Assembly (NCBI RefSeq): GCF_009834535.1 | Contig: NC_045701.1 | Coordinates: 92,566,001 to 92,630,000, forward strand | Direction of reading: 5' to 3' | Origin: Camelus ferus | Lineage: Eukaryota | DNA: 64,000 bases | Shown: positions 48,901 to 59,539 of the stretch, piece by piece | Layout: every line of letters begins with the position of its first letter | Position numbering within the stretch: position 1 is the first letter of the stretch | Notes under the pieces: generated by a model | The model's input: the letters and a program-made list of their open reading frames with translations, nothing else | Told to the model about the DNA's origin: nothing | Databases searched by the model: none | Translations under genes and position numbers: made by a program

Positions 48901-49700
48901 TAATTACTATTCCCTTACTTCAGATTACCTTGGGTTTAATTTGCTCTTCTTCTAGAGTTCAGGCAATTTTGAACTCTTCCCTGGCTCTTACTTTTCGCCA
49001 GGGCTTTCCCTCCAGTCCGCCAGGGCCGCGTGGAGAGCCCTCGCAGCCTCCCAGCCTCCCAGCCTCCCAGCCTCCGTGGTACCCTCACTTCCAGGCTCTC
49101 CGTCTTGCGTTTCTGGATTGTCCTTCTGTCTGCTGCTGGCCGCGGGCGGGGCCATGGCCGAAGGCTCGCAGAGCTGTGGGCTTTCTCTGTTTATTGCCTG
49201 CTGAGTTTGCTGTTTTTACTGACAGTGCTGCCAGGCATGAGGGCTTTTACCCTCTAGTCCAAGTCAAGTAAACTCAGCCTGGCAGTGAAGGTGTTGTCTG
49301 CATGGCCAGCCTGGCCCTGGGACACTGGGGGGCCAGGTTGAGCCGGCACGGTGGGCGTAGGTGGTGGTGAGAGTAGCCGCGAGCAAGAATCCAGACTCCG
49401 CTGTCCTTCCCTGGAGGTCAGCAGTTTTTCCTGAATGAATACTTCTGAACTTGTCTGATTTTGGTTAATATCCTGAGCCTTCAGATGGGCTTTTTGGACG
49501 GTTTTGTTTAGTTTTCTAGTTGTTTGGGGCGGAGGTGCAGGGAGACGTGCGGACCTCTTTACTCTCTCGTTACTAGAATTCTCTGTCTCTGCCTCTTTAT
49601 GCTGATAGTATTCCCAGCTTCTCCTGTATGAGTAAGTGACAGAAAAAGATCCTGTTACATTTCCCAGAACCTGGCTAAGTGATGCAGCGAAGTGTGGTTG
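45990..49700 (-). mobile_element. Long degenerate L1M, antisense
   Basis: L1 3' UTR at ~46000-46600; ORF 47945-48457(-) LPNSPYKASM..PVTLVNTDGKLL is a decayed RT-proximal ORF2 motif. Confidence 0.85.
49044..49075. repeat. (CAGCCTCC)4 tandem repeat
   Basis: Read directly from the sequence. Confidence 0.9.
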
Positions 49701-49975
49701 TGGGGCAGTGTCCACGGGTCACTGAGCCAGCACCCAGGACAGTGTGGGGCTTATAGACCTGCTCTGCTCCATTTTTTTCTGTTTTTGAATGTTTAGTGGA
49801 TTAAAATAGTCTCTGATCATAACTACATAAATTTTCACCTTTGAAAAACTTACTGGAGTTAGAATTCTGAGGGACGGTATATAGGATTTAAAATTCTTTT
49901 TAAAAACCACAGTAGTGTTTTCAATTACTAATAATACAATTAAGATAACTTAAACTCTCTTTCTTTAAATTTTAG

Positions 49976-50048
49976 TTTGTTCTGTCAGTTGAAACCAAGA
50001 GAGAGAATTGTCCCTAAGTGGCATGAAAAGCCGTATGAGTGGAATCAG
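49976..50048 (+). CDS. TDRD9: TDRD9 exon 28/29
   Basis: aattttag| (G)LFCQLKPRERIVPKWHEKPYEWNQ |gtgagt. Confidence 0.95.
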
Positions 50049-50281
50049 GTGAGTGAGAGCAGCCTGCCGCCAGGACCGAAGGGAACAGGTGCGCCGTGAA
50101 CTCGGGGTCTCCGGAAAAGGGTCGGTGGAGGCTGCTGGGAGAGCGGAAAGAGGCTGGTGGCAGAGAGGTGGTTCTGTTGGTTAAGGGGGCGATGTCACAG
50201 ACCCCACAGGTGGCTTGTATCCATTCATTTTAGATAAAACAGGTGCGAGTGTCTGGATGAGCTTTTAGGTACATTGGTGGT

Positions 50282-50594
50282 TGTCTTAGTTTGCAACGTA
50301 CCATTGCCTGGGTAGCTCACACAGCAGAGATCGGGGTACCAGTGTGGCTGAGGTCCAGTGAGGGCTGTCCTCTGGCTGGGAGCCCTCCACCTTCCCATGG
50401 GGTCCTCATGTGGCAGAGGGAGTGGGGACGAGCTCCCTGGTGTCTCTTCTCATCAGGCACGAATCCTATCATGAATGCCTCCCTCGTGACCTCTAACTGC
50501 AGTGACCTCCCAGAGGCCCCGCCCCTGAAGACCATCATGGTGGGGATTTGCTCTTCAGTGTGTGACTCTGGGGGACACAGTTCAGTCCACAGCA
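50282..50594 (-). mobile_element. MLT1 (MaLR) solo LTR
   Basis: tgtcttagttt...taccattgcctgggtagct...ggtcctcatgtggcagagg...gggggacacagttcagtccacagca. Confidence 0.8.
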
Positions 50595-51317
50595 GTTGTG
50601 AAGTAGGGCAGGGCCCTACCTATCTCTAAGGTTTAAAAAATAGAGTAAAATGTGATTTCAGGGAAAGGAACTCAGGGAGGAATTCTAAGCTTTAACCCCA
50701 GAGTCAGAGACGTCTTTATAAACAAACCAGCTGGGGCACTAGTTCCTCGTCCCTTTGGCAGTGGAAGTGAGAAGGTGGCCCCGGAGAGTTTTCCCACCTG
50801 AGCCCAAGAGTCACTTGTGCCACAGGATGTCCCCCTCCATGTGCTCCACGACCACTTCCCTCCTGAGAGCCCCGAGGACCCGTCACTGGAACCAGCTCTG
50901 GCTGAGCTCTGCCCCGGCCGCTGGGGGCAATGCACAGACTCGGGTCTCCCGCAGACTTGGCAGAGGGGTTTGAAGCCAACGGTGGGACTGAATTTGAAAG
51001 CAGAATTCCAGCTGAGGTTGATGTGTTTAGAAAACATACATGCTTTCAGTGCGCCTGAAGCTCCTGTTCACATATACACAGGAAGGAGATTTCCGAGCCA
51101 AGATGACCATGTTATCAAAGGTGAATTAGCAGCTACAGAGTATTAACTGCTGGGAGAACAGAGAGGCATTCTGTAAATAGTCTTGGAAAACTGAAAGAGT
51201 ACTTTCTGCTGTCTTATTTGTCTCTGTATATGTGTGTGTAGAATTTTATTTATTTTACGTTTTGTCTAGAAAAGCCCCTCTGCAGAGCCTGACTGGCCCT
51301 TTTCTCTGCCCCACTAG

Positions 51318-51419
51318 GTTGATCCGAAGCTGGTCATGGAGCAGACTGACAGGGCGAGCAGCAGAAGCAAGAACACCTTCCTATACCAGCTGCACAAACT
51401 CATTGTCCTCAGTACCTAG
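51318..51419 (+). CDS. TDRD9: TDRD9 last coding exon 29/29, stop TAG at 51417-51419
   Basis: ccccactag| VDPKLVMEQTDRASSRSKNTFLYQLHKLIVLST*. Confidence 0.96.
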   Translation, partial: VDPKLVMEQTDRASSRSKNTFLYQLHKLIVLST

Positions 51420-51649
51420 ATGTGCTGCGGTGGTGTTCTAGCTCCTCCTGGGGACGCTCAGAGGCCGATAAAGGCTCCATCCACCACCTGCCTTCCTCTG
51501 ATCTGAGTGTCATGGTCTGTCTGCTGCGTCTGAGAGGCCTTCTCTGTCCTGGCCCCTCTTCTCTTTGGCTGGTGGCCGGAGAGTGGTGTTTCTGTTCAGG
51601 TGGGAAGGATTGGAAAGCCTGGTCTTTTCTAGAAACAGAAAATCACTGT

Positions 51650-51655
51650 ATTAAA
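51650..51655 (+). terminator. Candidate proximal poly(A) signal ATTAAA
   Basis: ATTAAA about 230 nt after the stop codon; use is not shown by the sequence. Confidence 0.4.
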
Positions 51656-52042
51656 CATTTCGGGAAAAATTACTCTGAAAGAAGATTTTGTTTGGAAAAA
51701 GAGCTATATTTTGCAGTAAATTTCTTAAGGTAGCTAATGTCCGTGTAAGGTTCCATAGTGTGCTTGTATGTTCTATTTTGTTACAGTGACTTAAACCTGG
51801 GGTACAGGAAAAACTAGGGCTCCCAGTTTAGCCCAAGGGAAAAGCCCTGGTTTTTTTGTTTGTTTCTATTTTTCAAAAACCATGTTGCATTTTTCTGACT
51901 TTTTTCCCATGGGGGAAGATACCTAATTTTGGTTAAAACTACTTCATTTTTGTATGTTTTAGATTTTCACTTAAGTTTCAATTCTTGGTACACATTTTGG
52001 AAATTAGAGATTATCTGGCCACTAGTATATCTATGTTAAAAC

Positions 52043-52048
52043 AATAAA
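52043..52048 (+). terminator. Likely main TDRD9 poly(A) signal AATAAA
   Basis: Canonical hexamer about 625 nt after the stop, U-rich sequence upstream, GU-rich gtttgtttatg downstream, then an abrupt switch to GC-rich DNA. Confidence 0.7.
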
Positions 52049-52149
52049 AGCATGAGACTAAGTTTGTTTATGACAGAGGAGATTAAAGTATGTTTCATTC
52101 TAAAAATTTGGAATTGATAAAACTGATAAAGGAATGGAGACTTTTTTCT

Positions 52150-53930
52150 AAAAGAACTTTTGTCAGACAGCGTCTCACCGGAAGAGCAGTGCGGAGGGCG
52201 ACAGCGGCAGGCAAGTGGAGGGACCGGGGCGGGTCCCTGGGCAGGTGGGGGCCTGCGAGGAGGCCGAAGAGCACGCGCCTGCGGTCCCCACGGGGGGACA
52301 CGGCCGGAGCTCCCGGAGAGGACCGGGCAGCCGCCGGGTCTGGGGGCCGCTGTCCGCTGGGCAGGCCCGGTGCCGTGTGGGCTTCTGCGGGGCAGCCGGG
52401 TGGGGAAGCCGGCGATGCGTGTGCGTCCGTCCGACCTTATGTGCACCGACCTCCGCTCCCGTGTGCCCGCCTCGCTCGGCTGCTTCTCGGGGCAGCTCTG
52501 GGCAAAAGCGGTCCAGCGTAAGACAGGAGGCGGTGCCGCCAAGCCGGCAGCTCAGGCCCCCTGCTCAGCTTTAAGGTGAAGATCTCACCTGCCTTTTCAG
52601 ACGGGCGTCTTGAGAAAAGAAGCAGGGTGTTTGGACCCTGCTGTCTGCTCTTTGCTCTGCGGGTGTGTGCACGGCGTGGGAGTGGCCGCGCGGGCTGATC
52701 TGAGCTCTCCGCTGGCTACTTCTTAGTCAGTTACGTGGATGGTTAAAAGTTAAATAGGACCAAATAGCACCCGAGGCTTGTTAAAAAAAAAAGAGACCCA
52801 GTTTTTAAATTTGTTTCTAACCCTCAAAGGAAACTGTTGTAACTCTTATTTTTTTCTGGAATCGCCTCCATCTTGCTAAGTATTTTGTTAAGTGAATTGT
52901 GCTTTTTCATGATTTGCGCTTCAGTCGCTAGTTGCCGCTCGGGTGGGTGACGGCTGCGCTCCTCACGCGCGCTCGTCGCGCGCCCGCGGTGCCGCCGCCG
53001 CAGCGGTGCTGCGGCCTCAGTCGGTCGCCGTCCTTCGTCACGCTGGCGTTGTAAACAGCGTTTTCTCCAAAAGCAGGTGTGTATCTGAGCGCATCTCCTT
53101 CCACACAACTTTAGCTCAGAGGGCAGTTGCCTTGCCTTTCACGTGGGTAATTCTCTAGCCACACTTCTCAAGAGGTGATTTATGTGCTTAGTAGTCACGT
53201 GTCCGTGGTACGACGAGGAGGCGCTAGAGGGGCGTGGCCAGTCGGCCTCCGCCCGCCCCGCCCACCGCCCAGCTCTCCCCGCGGCGGCCGCCTCTCTCCG
53301 CCCGCGCGGGCGTTCAGCGGCTGTTTGCCGAGCAGCATCCGCGCGGCCGGCCCCGGGGCACAGGCTTCCGGACACCGACGACCCACTGGGAGCGAGGTGT
53401 GCCCGGTTTCCCGGTCCCGGCGGGGCTGACGTCACAGTGGGCGGAGGCGGAGGACGGACGGCTAGCCCGTCCTCAGGGAGAGCTGTGAGAGCGCAGAGCG
53501 AGCAGGGGGGCGGGCAGGGTGCGCTGGCTCTCCGCGTGAGGGCCGCGGTGGACGCCCGCCCGCTCGGCCGCGGCAGCGCGGAAGCAGCCGAGGTGGTCCG
53601 CGGGCCATGAGGCAGGCTGTGTCCAGCGAAACGTCACTTACGGAAACAAGCGGGAGCGCGCGAGAGCAGGGGAGCGGTGCTGCGCTCTGGAGAGCCACCG
53701 CGGAAAGCCTTTCTGGGGGGCGGCAGGCAGGTGTCTGGCCTGGGGGTATCTGGGCAGCAGGTGTTCTGGGCAGAGGAAAATGCCAGGGCCCTGAGGACGC
53801 AGCACGTGCCTGGGGTATTTGGGGACCAGCTGAGAGGCCCCCGAGGCCGGAGCAAGAATGGTGAGGAGGTGAGTCAGAGAGAAGCAGGCTTCTCCGAGTC
53901 AGGCGGAGGGAGGGCTCGCAGAGGGCTGTG
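52150..53930. promoter_or_regulatory. CpG island with a promoter-like core at ~53130-53650
   Basis: Dense CpG; CACGTG at 53140 and 53196; GGGGCGTGGC and clustered CCGCCC at 53229-53270; CTTCCGG at 53365; palindromic CRE TGACGTCA at 53427-53434; GGGCGG at 53439. Confidence 0.75.
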
Positions 53931-53944
53931 AGCGAGAGCGTGAG

Positions 53945-54840
53945 TTGTTAATACTCCTCTGTTACCGTTTAATGCCCGTGGGATCAGTGGCGATTTACAT
54001 TTGTTGCTTTTCCTTGGTTAGCCTGGCTAGAGTTACCAGTTTCATCGATCTTTTCAGAGAACCACTCGCACGAGTGTTCTCTGGTTTTACCCGTCTCGTA
54101 GTTGCTGCTCTGATCCTCCTCTTTCTTTTCTCTGCGCTTTCTGTTCGTGTGTTTGTTACTCTTCTCTAGCTTCTCCAAGTGGAGGCTTAGAGGATTGATT
54201 TTAGAGTTCTCTTCTTTCTAGCGTAAGTGTTTCAATGCTGTAAATTGTGCCACATGTCACATATTTTGATAAGTTGTGTTTTAATTTTCATTTAGTTCAA
54301 AATACTTTGTGGGATTTCCCATCTGTCTTTGCTGTTGACCTCTGGTTTAATACCCCTGTGCTCTGAGAGTTCTGTTAAACGTGTTAAGGTGTGTTTTACG
54401 TCTCAGAATACAGTCCGTCGTGGTGAACGTTCTGTGTGAGCGCGAAAAGAATGTGTGCTCTGCTGCTGTTGGGTGAAGTGTTCTGTGAGGTGCCAGTTAA
54501 ATCCAGTTGATTGACGGGGCCTTTACTGACTCTCCACTCGCAGGATCCTGCTGGTGGTGGGAGGACGTTGACGTCTCCAGCCATACATGTGACGAGTCTG
54601 TTTCTCCTAAGTCTTCTTAGTCTTGGTCACAGGGGTCTTGACACTGTTGTCGTTAGGCGCGTGCACGTTAAGCCTGGCTACGTCTTCTTGGAGGACTGAT
54701 CTTTTTCATCGTCGAACGCGCTCCTTCATCCTAAATCGTCTTCTCCGTCTCAAGGCTCCGTGTCTGAAGTTAGCACGGCTGCTGCAGCTCTCTTCTGGTT
54801 TGTGTTAGGATGCTGTGTCCTTCTCCAGCCCTTTACTTTT
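53945..54840 (-). mobile_element. Old L1 ORF2 (EN/linker region) remnant, antisense
   Basis: ORF 53984-54178(-) ..EKIDETGNSSQAN.. and EN-type antisense sequence ttgataagttgtgttttaattttcatttagttcaaaatac. Confidence 0.75.
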
Positions 54841-56570
54841 TAAATTTGGGGAAACTCACGTCTCTTACCATTAACCATTTTAAAGTGTACAATTTAGGGT
54901 GTTGACTGTATTCACACCGTTTCTCCTTTCCACCTGTTTTCATTACCCAGAAAAATGCCCGATACCCGTTCACTAGTCACTCCTGTTGCCCCTTCCCCCA
55001 CTTCCCGCTTACCCGTCCCCTCGTGCCTGCTCGCCTGCCTTCTGTCTCTAGGTTTGCCTACCCTAGGCACCTCACGAAGGAGGCTCACGCAGCGTGGGGC
55101 CTCTGCTTTGCTCGCTGAGCATAATGTGTGTTTGAGGTCTGTCCAGGCTGTAGTATGCATCGGTACTCTGCTCCTTCCGTGGCTGAATGATTTCCTGTTA
55201 CTGGTGTACAGCAGGGCCGGTTTGCCTATTCATCCACTGATGGGCGTTTGAGTTGTTTCCACCTCTTGGCTGGTGTGGATAATGCTGCTGTGAACGCTCA
55301 CATCCCGCTTTCAGTGTGGACGAGAGTCTTTATTTCTCTCGAGTGCACACCTCGGGCCAGCCTTGCGAGCCGGACAGTAGCTCTGTGTTTACCTTTATGG
55401 GGAGCCGCCAGACCGCTTCCCACCATTCTACATTCCCACCCGCGGTGTCTGGGGGCTCTCATCTCTCCACACCCTCACCAGCAAAGGGTACTTGTGTGTC
55501 ACCAACCCCCCCCTTTTCTTAGAGTGATGCCATTGTGGTAGGTATGAAGTGGTATCTCCCCATGGTTTTCATTCTATTTCCTTAATGACCAGTGATGTTG
55601 AGCATCTTTCCACGTACTTGTTGGCCATTTGTGTGTCTTATATTCAAGTCCTCTGCCTGTTTCACAGTTGGTGGTTTTGCTTTTTGTTGTTGAGTTGTGG
55701 GAGCTCTTCGTGTATTCTGGATGTTGACGCCTCGTCAGATACGTGGTTTACAGGTGTTTTCTCCCACTCTGTAGGTGGTCTTTTAAAATTCTTGATGATG
55801 TCCTTTGATGCAAAAAGGGTTTTCTCCCACTCTGTAGGTGGTCTTTTAAAATTCTTGGTGATGTCCTTTGATGCAAAAAGGGTTTACTTTTGAGTAGGTT
55901 TAATTCAGCTATTTTTCATTTTGGTGTTAAATCAAAGACTCTATTGCCAAATCTGAGATCGTGAAGATTTACTCCTGTGTTCCCCTTTCCCAGTAGTTTT
56001 ATAGTTTTAGCTCCAGTTGTTGATCCCTCCTGAGCTGAATCTTTATACCTGGAGTGAGGTCGAGGTCCAAGTTCAGCTCAACGGAGAACAGAACGCACAG
56101 GTAAGTCAGGACTTTACTACCAACCTTACAGAAGTTAGACGTGTTGTAAGATTTATTGCTGTGAACAGTTCTACACCAACAGACTAGGTAGTCTAGGTGA
56201 GATAGACAAGTTTCTAGAAACACTCAAGAAGAAGCAGAAAATCTCAGCAGACCATCACAAGGAGAGACCGCGTAGGTTAGAACCTCCCAACAAAGAAAAG
56301 TCCAGGAACATGTGGCTCCGCTAGCAGACACCGTGCGAAACAGTCATGGGGGATTAGCACTCATCCTCCTGAAACTTCCCAAGGAGGAGGAGGAGGGAGC
56401 ACTTCCTAACCTGTGAGGTCAGCGTTAGCTGGCTGCCTAAGCTAGACAGACAGCACCGGAAAACCACGGACCAGCCGCCCTCTTGAGTATAAACGCAGAC
56501 ATCCTCAAAAACAGCAGCACGGCGAATCAGACGGCACGCGGAAAGGTCACCCACTGTGATCCCCCGGGGG
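54840..56570. mobile_element. L1M with 5' inversion: antisense 3' part 54840-~56077, sense ORF2 linker part ~56078-56570
   Basis: Antisense ends at gaggtcgaggtccaagttcag; then sense actttactaccaaccttacagaag...agacaagtttctagaaac...acaaagaaaagtccagg...cagacatcctcaaaaa. Confidence 0.7.
55756..55881. repeat. 63-bp tandem duplication (2 copies, 1 mismatch)
   Basis: gttttctcccactctgtaggtggtcttttaaaattcttg(a/g)tgatgtcctttgatgcaaaaagg at 55756 and 55819. Confidence 0.95.
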
Positions 56571-57691
56571 CCTGCCCTCAGCATGTGGCTGTCCCTCCAG
56601 GGTGACAGAGCCTGGGTCTGGCTTCGTGGCCCTGCCTGCACAGATCCTTCCCGCTGGGCGGTGCAGGGAGTGAGGGAAGCCCCTGCGCTGTCACCCTGTC
56701 ACCGTTTGTGCCTCGTGGTTTGGCTTTCAGTTGTCGGTGGTGGTGATGTTAAACACGTGTGGTGAGCCTGTGGGGGGGGCAGGTACCTCAGCTTTCCTGA
56801 CACTCAGGACTGTGGGCATAAAGAACTCAGACGTGTGCAGAACCTGGTGTTTTTGAGGCCAGATTCTTCCTGTTGTCTTGCCCTCCGGTGAACCCCGCCT
56901 GATGGGGACAGGCCCCTGGCTTTGTGCTTTTGTTCATGTTGTTTTGGTGAGGGACACGGGAGGCGGGCCGTCTCCTTGTTTTCAGCCCTGCTGAAGGGCA
57001 CCTCACTTGACCTTGATATGGCCACCCTCTGGACTAGCCAGGAAGCGGACACGGCCTCGGTCATTGGTACTTTTTCTGACAGTATCTGTTATGAATTACA
57101 GCATGAAATGTAACGGGCTGGTAAGATGGATTCCAGGTAAAGAACTGAAGAGTCGTATCTGGTTGGTGACATTAGGGAAAAGGAAGCCAGGTAGGGATCG
57201 TCAGTCTTGAAGCCGTGTTCAGTGGCAGTTGTTACTGTCTAACAATGGATAGAACAGTCATCTTTATAAAATCTAATGTGTGGGAAAAATGGCTGCAGAA
57301 AAACCCCACAAGGACAGAAGCTCTGACTGATAAAACCGTAGCTAGAACCCACCACCCCAGATGTTCTCTGGAAGAGAGTTAACCCCAGTGGAAGATCTTT
57401 TAGGAGGAAAAAAAGAAAGAGGAGATTAAAAGAAAAAGAAAAAGAAACTCACTACATTGTTTAGAAAGTTGAACAGGGAATTATACAGACGTAGTGAAGT
57501 TCCTTCCAGAAAATGCTTCTCCCCTGAAAATCCATCCTTGCTGGCAAACGCCGACTAGCTTGTGCAGACTCAGACACACGTCGTCAAAGTGGTGTCCGGG
57601 GGCAGGGAGCCTTGTTGCTGAGGTCTCCTCCATGTCTGGTTGCTGCCCCGCCCTGCTCTGTGACCCAGGTGCACATCACCTCAGCAGTGCC

Positions 57692-58067
57692 GCCTCCCCA
57701 GCTGGGGGGGCCTCCGGTCCAGCCTGCACGTGCCTCCCTGGCTGGGGGGGAGACTCCGGTCCAGCCTGCACGCGCCTCCCTGGCTGGGGGGGATCCTCCG
57801 GTCCAGCCTGCACGCGCCTCCCTGGCTGGGGGGGGCCTCTGGTCCAGCCTGCACGCGCCTCCCTGGCTGGGGGGGGCCTCTGGTCCAGCCTGCATGTGCC
57901 TCCCTGGCTGGGGGGGAGCCTCTGGTCCAGCCTGCACGCATCTCCCTGGCTGGGGGGGCCTCTGGTCCAGCCTGCACGTGCCTCCCTGGCTGGGGGGGGG
58001 GCCTCCGGTCCAGCCTGCACGTGCCTCCTCCCTGACTGGGGGGGGGGGCCTCTGGTCCAGCCTGCAC
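57692..58067. repeat. G-rich minisatellite, ~42-bp unit, 9 copies
   Basis: Core GTCCAGCCTGCA at 57717, 57759, 57801, 57842, 57883, 57925, 57965, 58008, 58055 (spacing 40-47). Confidence 0.97.
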
Positions 58068-58907
58068 ACAGCCTGCAGTGGCTGCTGTGTCACTGCTTGG
58101 CCTTGCAGCCCGGGCCTGGGCCTGCAGGGCAGTTTCTCATCATTTCCTGAGCATGTTGTATACTTTGACATCCTCTCCTTACATGCACTGTTCTGCTTGG
58201 ACTGAGTCCTGCCCCTGCTGGCCCCCCGGTGAAACCTCCTCTGTGCAGCCCACACAGGCGTCCTTTGGCCTGCAAAGCTATCTGTGAGTCTCTGGGCACA
58301 ATTAAGTATCCCTTCCCCTGCGTCGCCCACATTTGCTTATGCTACCAGAATTAAACAGTTCATCTGTTTCACAAGCGTTTTGGGCTGCCTTGTGGGGATT
58401 TTGGTTAAATGACCGAGCCCTTACTAAGTGGTAAGCCTCCTACGAGGGGACTTTCCACGTTGTGTTACAGGTCTCTGAAGGGCAGAGTGTGTATTGTGTT
58501 AATTTCTGAATCTCACGACCTGACACCTATTTGATATTCACATACGGGTTTGAGGAGAACCCACAGTAGTTTGGGGAGGGATTACTTTTCTGTGGGGGAG
58601 GGCCTGCCCACGACTGTCCAGGGAGGAGAGGCTTAGACGGGCAGCCCCTGCATGGAGGGGCAGCACGTGCCCCTGCCGTTGCTCACAGCTGACGCCGTGG
58701 GGACTGGCAGCTGAACCATAGTGTCGGGGACTGGTGCCACTTAAAGGAATGAAAACTGGAAACCAGCAGCCAGTGTTCGCTTAGATTGCAGAGCAGCATT
58801 AGGGTGTCCGCGGTCCCTGTCATTAAGATGCGGTAAGCTCGGCAGGTGGAGTGACTGACCCAGCTTAGGCCGAGGTCCAGCTCTTTCTGCCAATGTGACG
58901 TGTACCT

Positions 58908-59290
58908 GTGTGTTGGGGTCCTTAGGACCACCTCCAGGCGTGGCGGTTCACCGGCAGGACTCGCGGGACTCGGGTGTGGTTGTCTCTCAGCCCAGATTTC
59001 CTGCGGTGAGAGGCTCCAAAGGGAAGAGGCATACAGGGCAATTCCAGGAGTCCTCCTCTGGTGAAGCCACACAGGTTGTGTTCAATTCGTCCAGCAACGA
59101 GCTGTGACAACTTGTGTGCGATGGTGTCTGCCAGGAAATTCCTTGGCGTCTCGGTGCACAGGGTTTGTGTCAGAGGCTGGTCACAGGGGCACCCTCTGCC
59201 CCACGTGTACCATGATTCCCATCTCTTGGCTCAGCATACACCTCGAGTGTTTCCGCAGACAGTTCAGGCACAGTGAGCCATCCTAGCAGT
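58908..59290 (-). mobile_element. MER21-like ERVL LTR (second copy)
   Basis: tgttggggtccttaggaccacc...ccagcaacgagctgtgacaacttgtgtg...ggctggtcacaggggcaccctctgcc...caggcacagtgagcc. Confidence 0.7.
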
Positions 59291-59539
59291 CAGGACGGCG
59301 GGGACCCTCCCAAAATCTCAGCTCCCAGATGCTCCTGGGTGCCGGGTGATGCCAGCCTTGCAGGCACTTCCTGAGGAGCCCCGCGTCGGGCCTGCTGTGT
59401 GGGCTCCTGCTCCACAGCCTGTCTGCATATCACAAGATGCTTGGGGAAGGCTTCTGGGTGCAGGCTAGAGATCCAGAGTCATTAGCTTATCTCCATGGCA
59501 GTAAGAGCCTAGAAAACGTTCTGTGTGCGTGGTGAGAAA

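Larger units (their letters stand above)
9..52065 (+). other. TDRD9: TDRD9 gene, 3' portion (29 coding exons plus 3' UTR); 5' exons lie upstream of the window
   Basis: 29 GT-AG-bounded exons with compatible phases sum to 3135 nt = 1044 aa + stop. The product matches recalled TDRD9 collinearly (LVFLPG, STNIAESSVT, QRKGRAGR, FVDYGN, C-terminal FLYQLHKL). The 3' end is estimated from AATAAA at 52043. Confidence 0.97.

Noticed and set aside
57494-58330. Five overlapping 100-250 aa ORFs, and a CRISPR-like periodicity
   Set aside because: The ORFs arise from the stop-poor GC-rich minisatellite. Units are contiguous with no unique spacers, there are no cas genes, and the DNA is mammalian.
20792-59290. 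The two same-orientation MER21-like LTRs as ends of one provirus
   Set aside because: 38 kb apart, visibly diverged, with TDRD9 exons and no gag/pol/env between them.
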